From: an uncultured Methanosarcinaceae archaeon
Lineage (GTDB): Archaea; Halobacteriota; Methanosarcinia; Methanosarcinales; Methanosarcinaceae
Assembly: GCA_963733675.1 (NCBI GenBank)
Contig: CAVTET010000004.1
Coordinates: forward strand, 64,001-128,000
DNA: 64,000 nt
Direction: 5' to 3'
Made by a program: the position numbers and the translations under genes. The notes under the pieces are model-generated. The model worked only from the letters and a program-made list of their open reading frames with translations, was not told the DNA's origin and made no database searches. This document shows, in pieces, positions 44,700 through 58,818 of the stretch; the stretch's first letter is position 1, and the number at the start of each line of letters is the position of its first letter.

Positions 44700-45194
44700 T
44701 ACCAAGTTTCAATGAGCAATTTTCTTTGGTTTATTTTCTTCAATTGTTGGCCATTGATCATTTTTTATTTTTCCAGATCAAAGGTCAATTTAGTATCATT
44801 TGCCTTATGAGAAAAAGAAATATATCCTAACATATGGAATCCACTTTAATTATAAGAAATAGTTATGAATATTCTTTACTTTGAAACTTTGGGGATCTGA
44901 CGTTCTTATAACAATTTTCTAAAGAGCAAAAAAGGATTTAGAATTAGCATCAAGTTTTTTAAGAACCTATTGAAGTACCGTAGAATATACCCTTTTGAGT
45001 TCAGAATTATTTTTTTTGGATCTAGGAAGTTTTATCTGTTGCTCAATTTATTTTACACTTTTTTGAGATTTCACTGGCTCTTTTCTATCAGTGGGAACAA
45101 GGATTATGGAGGTATCTACATTGATTTGATGTACCCCATAAAACACCTTTTGTTCTCCAGTTGGATGTATTTTAAAGTTCACAGTTAGATTCAT
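44700..45194 (-). pseudogene. tnpB: tnpB N-terminal fragment
   Basis: MNLTVNFKIHPTGEQK, IEQQIKLP, VYSTVLQ.VLKKLDANSKSFFAL; overlaps the tnpA end. Confidence 0.7.
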
Positions 45195-45590
45195 TTTGAC
45201 TATCTACGTATTTTTTTAAAGTATCTAAAGTCACTTGACCTGTTGTAGCTATGAAATATGATCTTGACCAGAAGGTATCTTCCCATAATAGTAATTTAAT
45301 TCCAGGGAATTCTTTTCTTATTTCTCTTGAAGTTATAGTTTTTAAAGTATTGATATATTTTGGAATATCTAATGTTGGTTTTGAAGTGAAAATCATATGA
45401 AAATGATCTTTGCCACATTCTATGTTAAGTACCTCAACATCATACGTTTTACTTATATTATGAATTTTTTTTTTAAGAAGTCAATTAGTAATGAATTACA
45501 AAATACCTTTCTCCGATATTTTATACACTGTACGAAATGATAATGGAGTGAGTACACTGAATGGCTTTTATGATCAGGATTATATTGCAT
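45172..45590 (-). pseudogene. tnpA: IS200/IS605 Y1 transposase, frameshifted
   Basis: HSVYSLHYHFVQCIKYRRKVF, HUH motif DHFHMIF, FWSRSYFIATTG and KKYVDSQ; left-end hairpin near 45670-45715. Confidence 0.85.
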
Positions 45591-46934
45591 AGTGATCTAT
45601 ATAATGAGATAACTATCTATATAAATAAATTTTCGTATTTAAAAAAGACTAACAGTTAAAAAGTTGAAAGCTTTCATCCCTCACCTGTTGAACTGATGCC
45701 CTCCAAGTAATAGGACTTACGTTTTATGGTTTAAAGCAAAAATAATAATATCGACAATCAAATAATCTTAATCAATTGGCTTAATTTTATTGCTTTCGGT
45801 TATTTTTGTAGTTAACCTATATGGATCTTCACCAGAGAACTCTCATAAAAAACTGTATTACAGTTACTTTTTATAAGTTTGATTCAGGGAGTTTTTTAAC
45901 TATCTCCGATTAACAGTTAAAGTTTATTGAATTCATTGTATCTAGTTGATTCCAAAACTTATTTCATTCAAAATGAGCTGATTTCATAACTCCAAATTTA
46001 CTCATCAAATCTTATATTTCAAATAATCGATCAAATTTGGATCATAAATACAATTTGGAAATTTTTAAGATCGTGTGAAGAATATCTAAGGAGGATTAGC
46101 TTGCTTGGCAGTATTTATTACTTATTGTATTGCCTATTAGATTGTGGGATGAAATAGGTTTTGAATTCAAATAAGAAAATAATTACAAGCAAAAAATAAC
46201 CCTTTTCCTTGTTATTGTATCTATATTCTTCTGAATATTGGACCTTTTCCCAAAAGTAGCTTCCTGGACGAAATTTGTAAAGAATATCAAGATCTTTAAA
46301 TAAATATGTGATTATGTCATTTATATCTCATTCTGTGTCAGCCAAAGGATTTTGCGGGGATTCTAATCAAACTAAACAAAGCTCTTTATTATTTAGACTG
46401 GACGATTCAAAATCACCTCCTTAAATGTGATATAACCCGTATAATACTTGAAAACATTTTGTGTGAAAAATAACATTCTGAATCGGTAATTTCTCTTTAG
46501 TTTAGTTACTTTAAATGAGAAATTATTTTCAAACCACACAAAACAGTGAAAAGCAGTATTCTGCACGCATATCACTTAGATATTCACGGTAAACTATATA
46601 TTTGTCATTTGTGATTTGCATCTAACTAAAGCTAAATCTTTTTCCACCTAGCTTTCCTATCCTGGCTTTCATCCTCCTAAGCCCAAAATAATTTAGTTCA
46701 TAGAACATTTACGGTTTACAATTAAACTCTATGCAAGTTTTATTCATAGTACCAAAATCCGACATGTTAATGCGCCAGAATAACTTGGGTTAAAAGAGGG
46801 TAATTAAAGATGATTTAGATAAACATTTGACTTTCACGAATTAATTATGTACATTGATTGGCGATTTACTCAATTTAAGAATTTATTGAAATCTTCCAAA
46901 AAAAGCAAATTTTGAGCTTTGTGATTGGTTATAT

Positions 46935-47051
46935 TTAGAACTTAAGCACTGGATGTTCACAACAAGTGAAATAGACTATTGTTTAAGTTTATATTTGGGT
47001 AGTTAAGGGCTTAATTTCCCTGATATTTCAGTTCAATTGCGTTAGTCCTAA
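46935..47051. mobile_element. About 120-bp MITE
   Basis: TTAGAACTTAAGCACT...TTGCGTTAGTCCTAA. Confidence 0.6.
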
Positions 47052-48147
47052 TATTTTCATGTATTCTATATTCAAAAGTGTACATGGACAAATAATTTAT
47101 TTGACGATTTGCTCAACATTTCTATCAAAGGGGTAGCTGCGTTTTTAAAATATAATCTTATTAGCAATTATATGGCATAATCTATGTACTTTTTGGAAAA
47201 TGATATTTAATGGAGAACAAAGTATGTATCATGTAATCACAGTACGCTTTCCGATTGCTGTCTATAGAGCATAGAATAAATTTCAAACTAATGCAATAGC
47301 TATAAGCTATGGTTTATAAACCAAACGTTTTACTTTCTTTATTCAAGGTTCAATAACCACAGAAAATCCAGACGAAAGAAAATACAATTAATAGTTTTCC
47401 ATATTCTGTTTCCAGCAGTTCATATTTTGGTTAAAGATTAGTAAATAAATTTAGGTACTTGATTCAAAATGACAACACCATATATACTCTCAGATAGTGT
47501 AATGCTGATTCTTTTTTGGTTCTCGTTACCATGGTGACATTTCCTTTCAGCAGTTTCCCATTGTTCATGTTTTTGACGGAAGTTTGTCCAGAGGAATCCT
47601 GGGATACTTTGAACGGGTAATATACAGATTAATAGATACTGATCCTGATAAAGAAGAAGGATGGCAAGGCTACTCGCGAGATATGCTCATTTTCAACGGA
47701 ACAGTCCGACATAGTGATACTAAAAGCCTGGAACAATATCAATAAGGGCATGTTTCACCCTCATGCTCTTGATCCCAATGGGCACATATGTGACAATGAG
47801 ACCCAAGGAAAATTTTAATTACCCAGTCAATGATTTTAATAAGGAATTATGCTTCGTCATGACCTCCACCTTGCTCAGTTACGGTTGCATTTCAAATCGT
47901 TTATGACATTCTCAAAGAGAAATATGTTTAGGGCCTCAATGATCAGGCAGTGGGCAAAAAATATCAGGCTGATCAAATTAAAATAGAAAAATATAATTAA
48001 CAAAATCTTCCATAGAATTAAAGCCTAAATTTTTAAAGCCTAAATTTTTACAACAATAGAAAGTTTTTTGACGTCATAGAGGGTATTTTTGCGGCATTAA
48101 AATAAGCACCGCTAGCTATACCCTTTATAAAGATAGCAAAAATATAA

Positions 48148-49764
<1,617 letters not shown>

Positions 49765-49845
49765 TCACCTTGATTGAGATCAAATGTTTTCTTTAGTTAA
49801 TTCGAGTATATCCGAATTCATTACATTCTTCAGAGTATACTTTGT

Positions 49846-50130
49846 TCAACATTTATTATCCACAACTGTTGCAAGTATATCCTTAAAGTCCACAAAAACA
49901 TATTTTTCGTCATCTAGTTCAATATCATCGGATTGGTATCCCCCGTAAAATACATGATCATCTTTCATTAGAGGTAGCTCCTTCCCATCTTCAAAGGTCC
50001 CCACAGCTATAATAATTCCTTCTTTTTTTTCCTTCTGTGCAGAGTCAGGGATATAAATTCCTCCTTTTGTCACTTCTGCTTTCTTCAGATGTTTAAGCAA
50101 CACTCGTTCACCAATAGGTTTGATAATCAC
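49846..50130 (-). CDS. groES: Co-chaperonin GroES
   Basis: IKPIGERVL, TKGGIYIPDSA and DILA; directly upstream of groEL. Confidence 0.95.
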   Translation of the reverse strand: MIIKPIGERVLLKHLKKAEVTKGGIYIPDSAQKEKKEGIIIAVGTFEDGKELPLMKDDHVFYGGYQSDDIELDDEKYVFVDFKDILATVVDNKC

Positions 50131-50341
50131 TATTTAGTTCCTCCTTATTGTCAAGTGGTTATTTATTAGGCCGTTCAATGAATTGTTAAATTTCATAAAC
50201 AAAGGATTCTCTACATTTTCCAAAAGATGGGAGAATACTCATTTATCAAATTTGATCAATGACTCAAGGACACAATCCTATATTAGTTGAACATTGATGA
50301 TCATTTAAAGTCAATATGGAATTAATGAATATATTGAGCCA

Positions 50342-50354
50342 TGGGATAATCCCA
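50342..50354. promoter_or_regulatory. Perfect inverted repeat TGGGAT-A-ATCCCA near the predicted groES transcription start
   Basis: About 25 nt downstream of a minus-strand TTTAAATA box (about 50379-50386). Confidence 0.45.
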
Positions 50355-50490
50355 CTATTTGCTTATAATACCAAACTTATATTTAAAAATTGCCGAGAAA
50401 AATGATATAATAATTAAAAAATAGGAATGATATCTACAAATTCAAAGAAAATATATATATATATATTTTAAACTCCAGAATATTACCCAA

Positions 50491-50898
50491 ATGGTTCGAG
50501 AGATTATTCTAAGAAATATTGAAAAACCACATATAAAAAGTTTTGAGGAGTATCTCATATGGTTTTGCGACAGCTTTGGCTTCTCTTCTGGCCGAGATAT
50601 CGAAAAAACTGCTACTAAAATAATTTTTAGCCTGGTTGATAAACTTTCTAATGACAAAGTAGCATCATCGAAAGATCTTGCTGACGACCTTAATATAACG
50701 ATATCAAGGGTAAACCATCATATAAGGAATCTCATCGATTCTGGCCTACTTTACAGGAAAAAACGTCTGCTCTATCTGCGGGGTGGTAGCTTAAAAGCTG
50801 CAGTAAGAAAAATGCGAAAAGACTCGGAAAGTATTTTTGATGAACTTGAAAATATAGCTGAAGAAATAGATTCCATAAAAGGAATAAAAAACATATAA
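50491..50898 (+). CDS. ArsR-like winged-helix regulator divergent from groESL
   Basis: SSKDLADDLNITISRVNHHIRNLIDSGLL HTH. Confidence 0.8.
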   Translation: MVREIILRNIEKPHIKSFEEYLIWFCDSFGFSSGRDIEKTATKIIFSLVDKLSNDKVASSKDLADDLNITISRVNHHIRNLIDSGLLYRKKRLLYLRGGSLKAAVRKMRKDSESIFDELENIAEEIDSIKGIKNI

Positions 50899-51671
50899 AA
50901 AAATTGAGGAAAAGATTTTAAGAAACAAATATAATGAACTCGGACCTGAAAAAATGTAACAATGAGCTCATTCATATTAAGACTCAGCACTCTATGCACA
51001 AAATCAACTACATTAGACATCATAGTTCAAATTCGCATTTATATGTTTAACAGTTTAATGTTACCATTTTTCTGTTCAAATGCCAAGTCTTTTTGGCGAA
51101 TGAACTTTCAAGTTTGAGTAACATCAACTAAGTAGTACTTTTTTCTTGTCGATTAGAAAATACGTCAATGAGATTAATCTTTTAGACAAAACAGTGCCAT
51201 AAAGGTGCATAAATTCAAAATATTGGTGATTCTGATCTCTATTTCTCTGAGATATCTTAATGTAATAACTTTGTGGCAACTAACTTTTTTGGTAATAGCG
51301 CCTGTGGCACAGGCCCTAAGTTGTAACAGTTATGCAACACGATTTGGGTTCTAATTTAGTTTTCCAGGCATACAATCTTTCCGTATAATAAAAATCGCAT
51401 TACTGAACTAATAAATACAAATGGAATACATGTGGAAAACAAGTACAGTAAACTATAGAATCTTTGGCTAATGACCGTTACAAAAGATTTTACTTTTCGC
51501 ACTCAAATACAAATTTATCAAAATTTTCAATATCTTCAAAGAAAATAGACTTTTGCTTCATTCTTCGATTCGTTTGTTCAATGAATTTGTATCTGAATAT
51601 TTTCGTGGTCATAGTGGAATCTCAATCTGCCTTTTAATTGTTCTTTTTAATGTAGTTATGTTAACAGCAAC

Positions 51672-52070
51672 CTAGTGATTGAGCAAACCAGCTAATAAAT
51701 AAGTGCCTAACATAAAGTTTATAAACCACAAAGCTTCAAGAATTTGCATATTTTTTTTATTTTTCCATTCTCTGTTGATTTCCCAGTTTCCTTTATTTAT
51801 TACAAATACAAATCCCATAACTAAAACCACAATTCCTATTAAGCCATGGATTAAAATCAAAGGAGAAATTCTGTGAAAAATTATGGCAAAGTACGCAGAA
51901 TTTATCATGGGTGGTAGAGATAAAATTACTAATAAATAAGCAAGTGTGAATATTACATCATGTATTTTCAATTTATATTTCTTTAATGTACCTAGTCTCA
52001 TTATCATAGCAATGAATCCAATTATCGCAAAAACCAAAGCTGCTCTTTGCAAATCATATGAAATAAACAT
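51672..52070 (-). CDS. Four-TM membrane protein with His residues in predicted helices
   Basis: Hydrophobic segments; LKIHDVIF and LIHGLIG. Confidence 0.6.
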   Translation of the reverse strand: MFISYDLQRAALVFAIIGFIAMIMRLGTLKKYKLKIHDVIFTLAYLLVILSLPPMINSAYFAIIFHRISPLILIHGLIGIVVLVMGFVFVINKGNWEINREWKNKKNMQILEALWFINFMLGTYLLAGLLNH

Positions 52071-52118
52071 TGATTCAAATATGTTTATATCAGGTATTCA
52101 TACCACCCCCATAGATAA

Positions 52119-52209
52119 TAGATGATTTCGACAAACTCATCTATTTATCATATTCTTAGAATTGATATATAAATGACTCGTGAAAATCAGATTTCTATCA
52201 AATCCTCAA
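52119..52209. mobile_element. About 90-bp MITE
   Basis: TAGATGATTTCGACAAAC...AAATGACTCGTGAAAATCAG...AAATCCTC. Confidence 0.55.
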
Positions 52210-52753
52210 TAGCAATATGGTACATAAATCATACCTAAGGATCGTTCATAGTAAATTCGATAATTTGTAAGGGAACAAGCAAAACCTGATTTGTGGCCAA
52301 TTTATAATTATCTATTTCTTTAATATACAGTTCTAAAAGTTTATCCTGCGACTTTAACTAAATACAAAATACGGTAATAATAGCACTAGAATCTACTTTT
52401 CATGAGCTAAAAACTATCTTTCTTACAGGGTATAACGCTAGAGCCCTAATCCAATTTGACAGGAGGAATTGAGAGAATAGATCATTGATCAATAAAATGT
52501 AGGAAGATTTGGGAGAAAGCTATGCAAAAATGGAATATAAACTAAGTTTCCGATACAATAATTTAAGAATATTACAGGTTAAAATATACATAAGAAATCA
52601 AAACTTCATAGAAAGTCCATTCAAAGACTTAAAGAGCTGAATGAGAAAAGACACATAGCTATATTAAGGATATCATAACTTTTGATAAAACGCCGTCGAA
52701 ATCTACGTAAGGAAAAAACATTGGAAGGGTTTTTCTTTGCCCATCTATTTTAT

Positions 52754-52879
52754 TCATTGATCTCTTACATTATCTGAATTTTGAATATGCAGTTTTTCAC
52801 TCTTTCTGTGTTTTCCCTCTTCAATTTCTTTTCTGAATTCTATGTAATCTCTCTCGACTTCTTCAAGCCCATTTCCCAT
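52754..52879 (-). CDS. 41-aa small charged protein
   Basis: SD GGAGGG 5 nt upstream; MGNGLEEVERDYIEFRKEIEEGKHRKSEKLHIQNSDNVRDQ. Confidence 0.45.
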   Translation of the reverse strand: MGNGLEEVERDYIEFRKEIEEGKHRKSEKLHIQNSDNVRDQ

Positions 52880-53605
52880 TTATGCCCTCCATAAAATATT
52901 AATAGTGCCCACTGTATTTATATATTTAGCAACTGAGTCTTATTAAGCTTATACGCTTTGAAATTCAAAATTGAAGATATGAATATTCTTCATCTCTAAT
53001 AGGAAACCCACAGTTTAGCAATAAAAGTAAATCATCCGATACCATAATAAGGTATCTACTCAATAAAGCATATGAATAAATAAAAAAATTTGATATCTAT
53101 TTTGAAAAGTTAAAATAATTTTAAAAGTTGACATAACTACTCCAAAGATTGCTTATTTTTAACAATTTAAGTTTTTAGTTTTCAGTGTTTCCTACAAATG
53201 ATGACTATGTCTAAATTAAACCTGAGTACATTTATACATTAAATGATAGCTATACTGCATATGTTGAAAAATATTTAATTTCCTATTTATGAATATCCAA
53301 TATTTTTAAAAAATAATACCTGTTGAAGCCAATAAATTGAATTAATCTTAGAGATATAAAGCAGATTAAGTATTGGATGAAGGAATCACAAAGAAGTAAA
53401 ACGAAAATTTTAAGCTCCTTCCTTCGATCAAAGGAAAAATAAAGTCTGCAATTTCATAGACAGCAAAGATAATCACAATTACTTCAAACTACAGTTTTAA
53501 ATAATTCAACCGTTTTGTGCACAAAATATGATTTTTCTAAAATTTATTTATTTATCCGATTTAATGCTTCATAGTATTTTGAGGAACGTACATAATTTGA
53601 GCTAC

Positions 53606-54763
53606 TCAACTAGTTTTACCAAATATATATTTACCATATGGGATTTGTTCAAAAGTTTTCACTGAAAATAGACTCAAAATCAATGTCAAAACAAATACAC
53701 ATGGATAGAATAACAAGTTATTCCAAGTAAATCCAATTTTAGATAACAATAGAACAATCAAGTTTAATAGTATTGCATGTACTAAATAAATTTGGAATGA
53801 ATATGAGCCTAATTTGTCGAAAATTTGTAAGCGATTTGACTTAAATAAAAATATTGAAATATATAACAAACCTATGAAAATTATGGTAAAATATAATCGT
53901 GAAACAATAATGTCAAATACTTTCCAAATTTGTTCATACCCGGGACCAAAACTAAATAAGCTGTAAAAAAAGTGCTCTTTTGCAGAATCCACAATAGTTA
54001 AAAATGTCCCGAGTAACAGAAAAATAAATATACACAAATAATTATTTTTTGAAAATGATTTCATTTTAATGAATTCATAGTTACTTCTCATGAACATACC
54101 AAATATAAAATAAAATAAATAACTAATAAACTTAATATTTGTTGAAAATAAAATATGATTCTTCAAAAGAATGTCGTATGCTATCCCGAATATAAATGCT
54201 AATAATAGAAATAATGAAACCCAATTTTTATTTTCAAAATAAATATATATTTTTACTATTAAAGGATAGAGAATATATAGTTGAATTATCAGAGCAAAAA
54301 ACCATAAATGGTAATAAGCTCCGCCTGTAAGAAGCTTAATTACAAAATCTGATAAATTCAAATTAAGTGGTTTATTTATTATCATTAAATGATGGATTTT
54401 GGAATCATAAATACTATATAAGATAGAAAAGATAAAATATGGAGGTAGAATGTATTTAAATCTCTTTAAATAGAAATGTCCGATTTGAAAGTTTACATTG
54501 TAACTATTATATAATACAAACCCAGAAATAAATACAAAAGCTGGAACTGCAACACAAGAAAGAGCATTAATTGCCATATACAGTACTGTTAATAAATTAA
54601 TATGAGTCATTTCTGCAAAATTACCAGAAACGTGAACACTAATCGCAGATAATATTGCAAAACCTCTCAAATAATTTATTTCTGGATAGTAATTAGTTTT
54701 TTGTTTAGCCACCTTCGTAGAATCACCGATAATTCCTAAGCTAGTTTCTTTGAAATCAGACAT
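53606..54763 (-). CDS. Acyltransferase-3 family membrane O-acyltransferase
   Basis: EINYLRGFAILSAISVH, AVPAFVFISG, YYHLWFF and YSFQIYLVH. Confidence 0.88.
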   Translation of the reverse strand: MSDFKETSLGIIGDSTKVAKQKTNYYPEINYLRGFAILSAISVHVSGNFAEMTHINLLTVLYMAINALSCVAVPAFVFISGFVLYNSYNVNFQIGHFYLKRFKYILPPYFIFSILYSIYDSKIHHLMIINKPLNLNLSDFVIKLLTGGAYYHLWFFALIIQLYILYPLIVKIYIYFENKNWVSLFLLLAFIFGIAYDILLKNHILFSTNIKFISYLFYFIFGMFMRSNYEFIKMKSFSKNNYLCIFIFLLLGTFLTIVDSAKEHFFYSLFSFGPGYEQIWKVFDIIVSRLYFTIIFIGLLYISIFLFKSNRLQIFDKLGSYSFQIYLVHAILLNLIVLLLSKIGFTWNNLLFYPCVFVLTLILSLFSVKTFEQIPYGKYIFGKTS

Positions 54764-55149
54764 ACGATACCTACTTTCTTTGAATCTAAACTTTGAGCGT
54801 GTCTTTGAGTTATTGAAATTGGAACACAAAGCCCTTCAAATTTCCTAAAAATGGGAAAGTTATTCTTTTTTCATCTTTGATCAATGACTGATGGATAAGA
54901 CCTAAATTTTATTTGTCTGTTATATACTGTGGACTATAATAAATATTACTATGTTAGAAGGATATCTATTGCATTTCTGAATTTTATTTGTAAAATGATG
55001 TTGATTTAAAGTTTGTACCCTTCGAGTCCCCAAAAAGTAACGTGAACTTTATGGGCCAGGATGTCACTTTTTCTGAGCTACACATTTATCTCAGTCATGT
55101 AAATGATTTTTCAGGGCAGTACAGGACTAAATAAATTACTTTTTTTTGA

Positions 55150-55420
55150 ACTCCCCCTCCATGTCAGAAGTATGTATCGGATATTGTTCCCGAAATAAGA
55201 GATAATCTTGCAATCAAACTTGTAAATAAAGGAAAATTACAGGCAACTTCTGCAAAGTTGCTGGAGATTGCTCCATCGGCAGTTTCCCAGTATATCTTGA
55301 GAAAAAGATGTGACAAGATCGAATATAAGAGCGAGACGAAGGAATTGATCGAAAAACTTGCTCTAATTGATCGACAATAAAATAGACGACTTTTAGCGAG
55401 GATATTTAAAATTCACATAA
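55150..55420 (+). pseudogene. Archaeal HTH transcriptional regulator remnant (COG2522-like)
   Basis: PCQKYVSDIVPEIRDNLAIKLV...SAKLLEIAPSAVSQYI..KR; no valid start, frameshifted end. Confidence 0.6.
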
Positions 55421-55549
55421 AAGCAAGAAAGATTAGAAGTGACTACAATAGCAGTTTTGGGCCAGAAGGGCTCGATAATACATTAGAGAACTTGAAAAAT
55501 AAAGGCTCATTCCAGTCTAATAACCCCACATATTTCTTAAAAGCAGAAA

Positions 55550-56115
55550 TTTCCACGAGAACAGTTGCTAAATAACGACTTTATATTTTTAGCTACTTTA
55601 GATGTAAATGAAACTGATGAATGTGAATCATTGTATACATAAAATAAAGCACGATATAGTTTTTTTTGTATCATAATACTGTATACACTTTCTTTTAGCC
55701 ACATAAATAATCAACTTTTTGAAAAACGTAAGATTTGGAATTTATGAACGGTGTTGTTTTGAATTTGATGCAGTTTATACTGATGGTGATCATATTCATC
55801 TTTTCGTTGGTGCTTAACAAAAATTTTATCCTTCAAAAATTATGCAGAACATAAAAAGCATTGGAGCGAGGCAGATTTTTGCAGAACACCCCTAGATTAA
55901 AAAGTAGCTTCGTTGTGGCGAACTATAGCGAGGTGGGGGATACATTGGAAAACTTGAAGATGAAACAACTTCCGATGTTATCAAAATTTATGTTGAAAAT
56001 AAGGGAAGCAAGGAAAAACAAGCATATAACCGAATAAGGATACTTGATTTTGAATAATTCATATATTATACATTACTGTGCAAGAACATACCCAGTTACT
56101 TGAAGCGGGGCGCTC
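55550..56115 (+). mobile_element. IS200-type element with a decayed tnpA
   Basis: FEFDAVYTDGDHIHLFVGA, PSKIMQNIKSIGARQIF and GGYIG..TTSDVIKIYVENKG; hairpin-like end near 56088-56113. Confidence 0.7.
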
Positions 56116-56154
56116 AACAGCAAAGTTGATATATTTCAAAACTTACCTTCTCCC

Positions 56155-56364
56155 ATGAACAGCAGTAGTACTAGAGCAAACATTAAAGAAGGAATGAATG
56201 TTGGGATTGTCTTAAAAAAAGACCAGAGGAGTGGTAAAATAACTCAAGGCATTGTGAAGCGAATTTTGACCAATTCTTCAAATCATCAGCATGGAATAAA
56301 AGTCCAATTAACAAATGGTCAGATTGGAAGGGTTAAAGAAATCTATTCACAAATTACAGAATAG
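56155..56364 (+). CDS. YwbE family (DUF2196) protein
   Basis: VLKKDQRSGKITQGIVKRILTNSSNHQHGIKVQLTNGQIGRV. Confidence 0.88.
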   Translation: MNSSSTRANIKEGMNVGIVLKKDQRSGKITQGIVKRILTNSSNHQHGIKVQLTNGQIGRVKEIYSQITE

Positions 56365-57339
56365 GTCATTTTTTAAGATTGCTTGATACTAACTGCTGAC
56401 CAGATGACCAGCTCTGAGTACTAATAATCTTATGCTTGAGCCTGCATCTATAAATCAAATCTTTTATTTGATGCGATTATATTTTTTTGTGCATCCTTGA
56501 TTAAGTAAGACTCTAAAATTGAGTACCTCAAACATTTAATATTCTTTACATATAGAGTGTTTATCAGTAGTTCAGAGAATACCCGAAAAGCTGGAAAATG
56601 ATTAAATTTTTCGTTATACTTCTAGATATTTGAGCACTAGTTAACGAGTTTAGTGAGCGAAAACTCAAAGGAATCTTCGCTTTTCCCTAATATAAGCCAT
56701 GGTTGATTAAAGTTTCACCATTCTTTAACTTGTCCATGCATTTGAAAGAGATTCAGCTTGCTTCAAAAGTGAATATTTATATAGCTTAGAGCCTATCCGA
56801 AAAGTCATTAATAGCATGTTGGGAAGTATTCAGACAGAGAGCGCGAAATAAAAATAAACTCTGCGAGCTTATTAGATGACCAGTATGAAGCTTAAATCAT
56901 AGAGTTGATTTATTAATTAATTTATTACAAATTATGCTTTAAACTAATTATAAGAACTCATTTTTATAATTTATTTTCATCCCTAAAAGTATTTTCAAAA
57001 TATCAAAGATGAGATTTTTAGATGCCAAGATTAGTATTCTTGAGTCAGAAAAATTATAGAGGATTTTGATTTACCTCTGATTTTTTTCTTCGCAAAAATC
57101 ATTTTTAAATCTTTCCCACGAATTTCTGTATTTGACCCGATCAGAGTTTTCATAAGTAGAAATTATTGTCAAGAGATTTAAAACCTTTAATGTTCAAATT
57201 CATAGGAGTTTATCGAAATTCTCAATATTCTTTTCAGCAAAAACACGATTAACTAAAAATGTTACGAAAAAAAATAAGTTTCCTGTCGAAAGTTGGATGT
57301 AGTATTATAGTAGATTCTATGTATATTGTGAGGCTTTAT

Positions 57340-57888
57340 ATGAGTGAGTATATCGTTTTAGGCGTCCTGTTGTTACTTGTGCTAGTCTTTGTGTATTATT
57401 TCAACAGACTTAATGTGCTTTCCAACACAATAGATAATTCCTGGGCTCAGATTGATGTTCAGCTGAAAAAAAGGGCTGACCTTGTGCCAAACCTTGTTGA
57501 GACTGTGAAGGGTTATGCAGCGCATGAAAAATCAATTTTTGAGGATGTGTCTGATGCAAGAGCAAGGATGATAGGAGCAAAGACAATTGAAGAAAAGGAT
57601 CAAGCTGGAAATATGCTTGCTGGGACTCTTAAGTCGCTTTTTGCAATAGCTGAGAATTATCCAGAACTTAAGGCAAATCAGAATTTCCTTATGCTTCAGG
57701 AAGAACTTACTGGAATTGAGAATAAAGTTGCTTATTCAAGGCAACACTATAATGACAGTGTGCTTGTATTCAACAATCTTGTGACTACTTTACCGGGCTC
57801 AATTTTCGCCGGAATACTTGGTAAGAAGATAAGGACTTATCTTGAGATTGCGACCGCTGAAAGAGAGCCTGTCAAGGTTCAGTTTTAA
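57340..57888 (+). CDS. lemA: LemA family protein
   Basis: WAQIDVQLKKRADLVPNLVETVKGYA and AENYPELKANQNF; start placed at MSEY after GTGAGG. Confidence 0.92.
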   Translation: MSEYIVLGVLLLLVLVFVYYFNRLNVLSNTIDNSWAQIDVQLKKRADLVPNLVETVKGYAAHEKSIFEDVSDARARMIGAKTIEEKDQAGNMLAGTLKSLFAIAENYPELKANQNFLMLQEELTGIENKVAYSRQHYNDSVLVFNNLVTTLPGSIFAGILGKKIRTYLEIATAEREPVKVQF

Positions 57889-57927
57889 GATAACGTGTTT
57901 TTTCTATTTATTTTAAGGTGATATCTT

Positions 57928-58818
57928 TTGAGAACTATGGAAGAGCAAATAGCAGCGAATAAAAGAGATTCGATCATCCTTGTAGGGATTGTAAGCGCTG
58001 CCCTTGTTATTTTATTTTATCTGTTTGCGCAGGTTTATGACCCTTCGCTTGTTTTTCTCTTTATCATCATCGCTGTGATTCTTTCTACGCTTGGTACAAT
58101 TGCTTCTTACTGGTATTCAGATAAGATTGTACTTTCGATTACAAAGACTCGTGAGCCCACGCCACTTGAAAATGCGCATCTCTCGAATGTGGTTGAGGGA
58201 CTCGCTATTGCAGCAGGAATCCCTGCACCACGTTTTGTGATTATTAATGACGAAGTTAACCTAAATGCTTTTGCTACTGGGAGGGATCCTGAGCATGCTG
58301 TTCTTGCTGTAACATCTGCACTTCTTAAGACCATGAACAGAGAGGAGCTTGAGGGCGTAGTTGCACATGAGATGTCGCATATCAAGAATTATGATATCAG
58401 ATTCGCTTCTATGGTTGCAGTACTTGTAGGTATTGTTGTGATTGCTTCACAGATTTTCCTTAGAAGCATGTGGTTCTCTGGCGGAGGCAACAGAGACAGA
58501 AGAGATGGAAATGTCATATATTTAGTGATTGGTATTATACTTGCTATACTTGCGCCGATTTTCACACAATTGATTCAGCTTGCAGTTTCACGACAGAGAG
58601 AGTATCTTGCTGATTCAAGTGGAGCGTACCTTACGCGTAATCCTATGGGACTTGCTTCTGCACTTGAGAAGATTAAGGATAATAATGTCAATACAAAGGT
58701 GAATGGGGCTGTTTCGCATCTTTATTTTACTAACCCATTACTTTTTAAGAATGCAAATTCTCTATTTGCCACACATCCACCCATTGATGAGAGAATTAAG
58801 AGACTAAAAGAGATGTAA
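57928..58818 (+). CDS. htpX: HtpX-like M48 membrane metalloprotease
   Basis: NAFATG, HEMSH zinc motif, SRQREYLAD and ATHPP. Confidence 0.9.
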   Translation: MRTMEEQIAANKRDSIILVGIVSAALVILFYLFAQVYDPSLVFLFIIIAVILSTLGTIASYWYSDKIVLSITKTREPTPLENAHLSNVVEGLAIAAGIPAPRFVIINDEVNLNAFATGRDPEHAVLAVTSALLKTMNREELEGVVAHEMSHIKNYDIRFASMVAVLVGIVVIASQIFLRSMWFSGGGNRDRRDGNVIYLVIGIILAILAPIFTQLIQLAVSRQREYLADSSGAYLTRNPMGLASALEKIKDNNVNTKVNGAVSHLYFTNPLLFKNANSLFATHPPIDERIKRLKEM

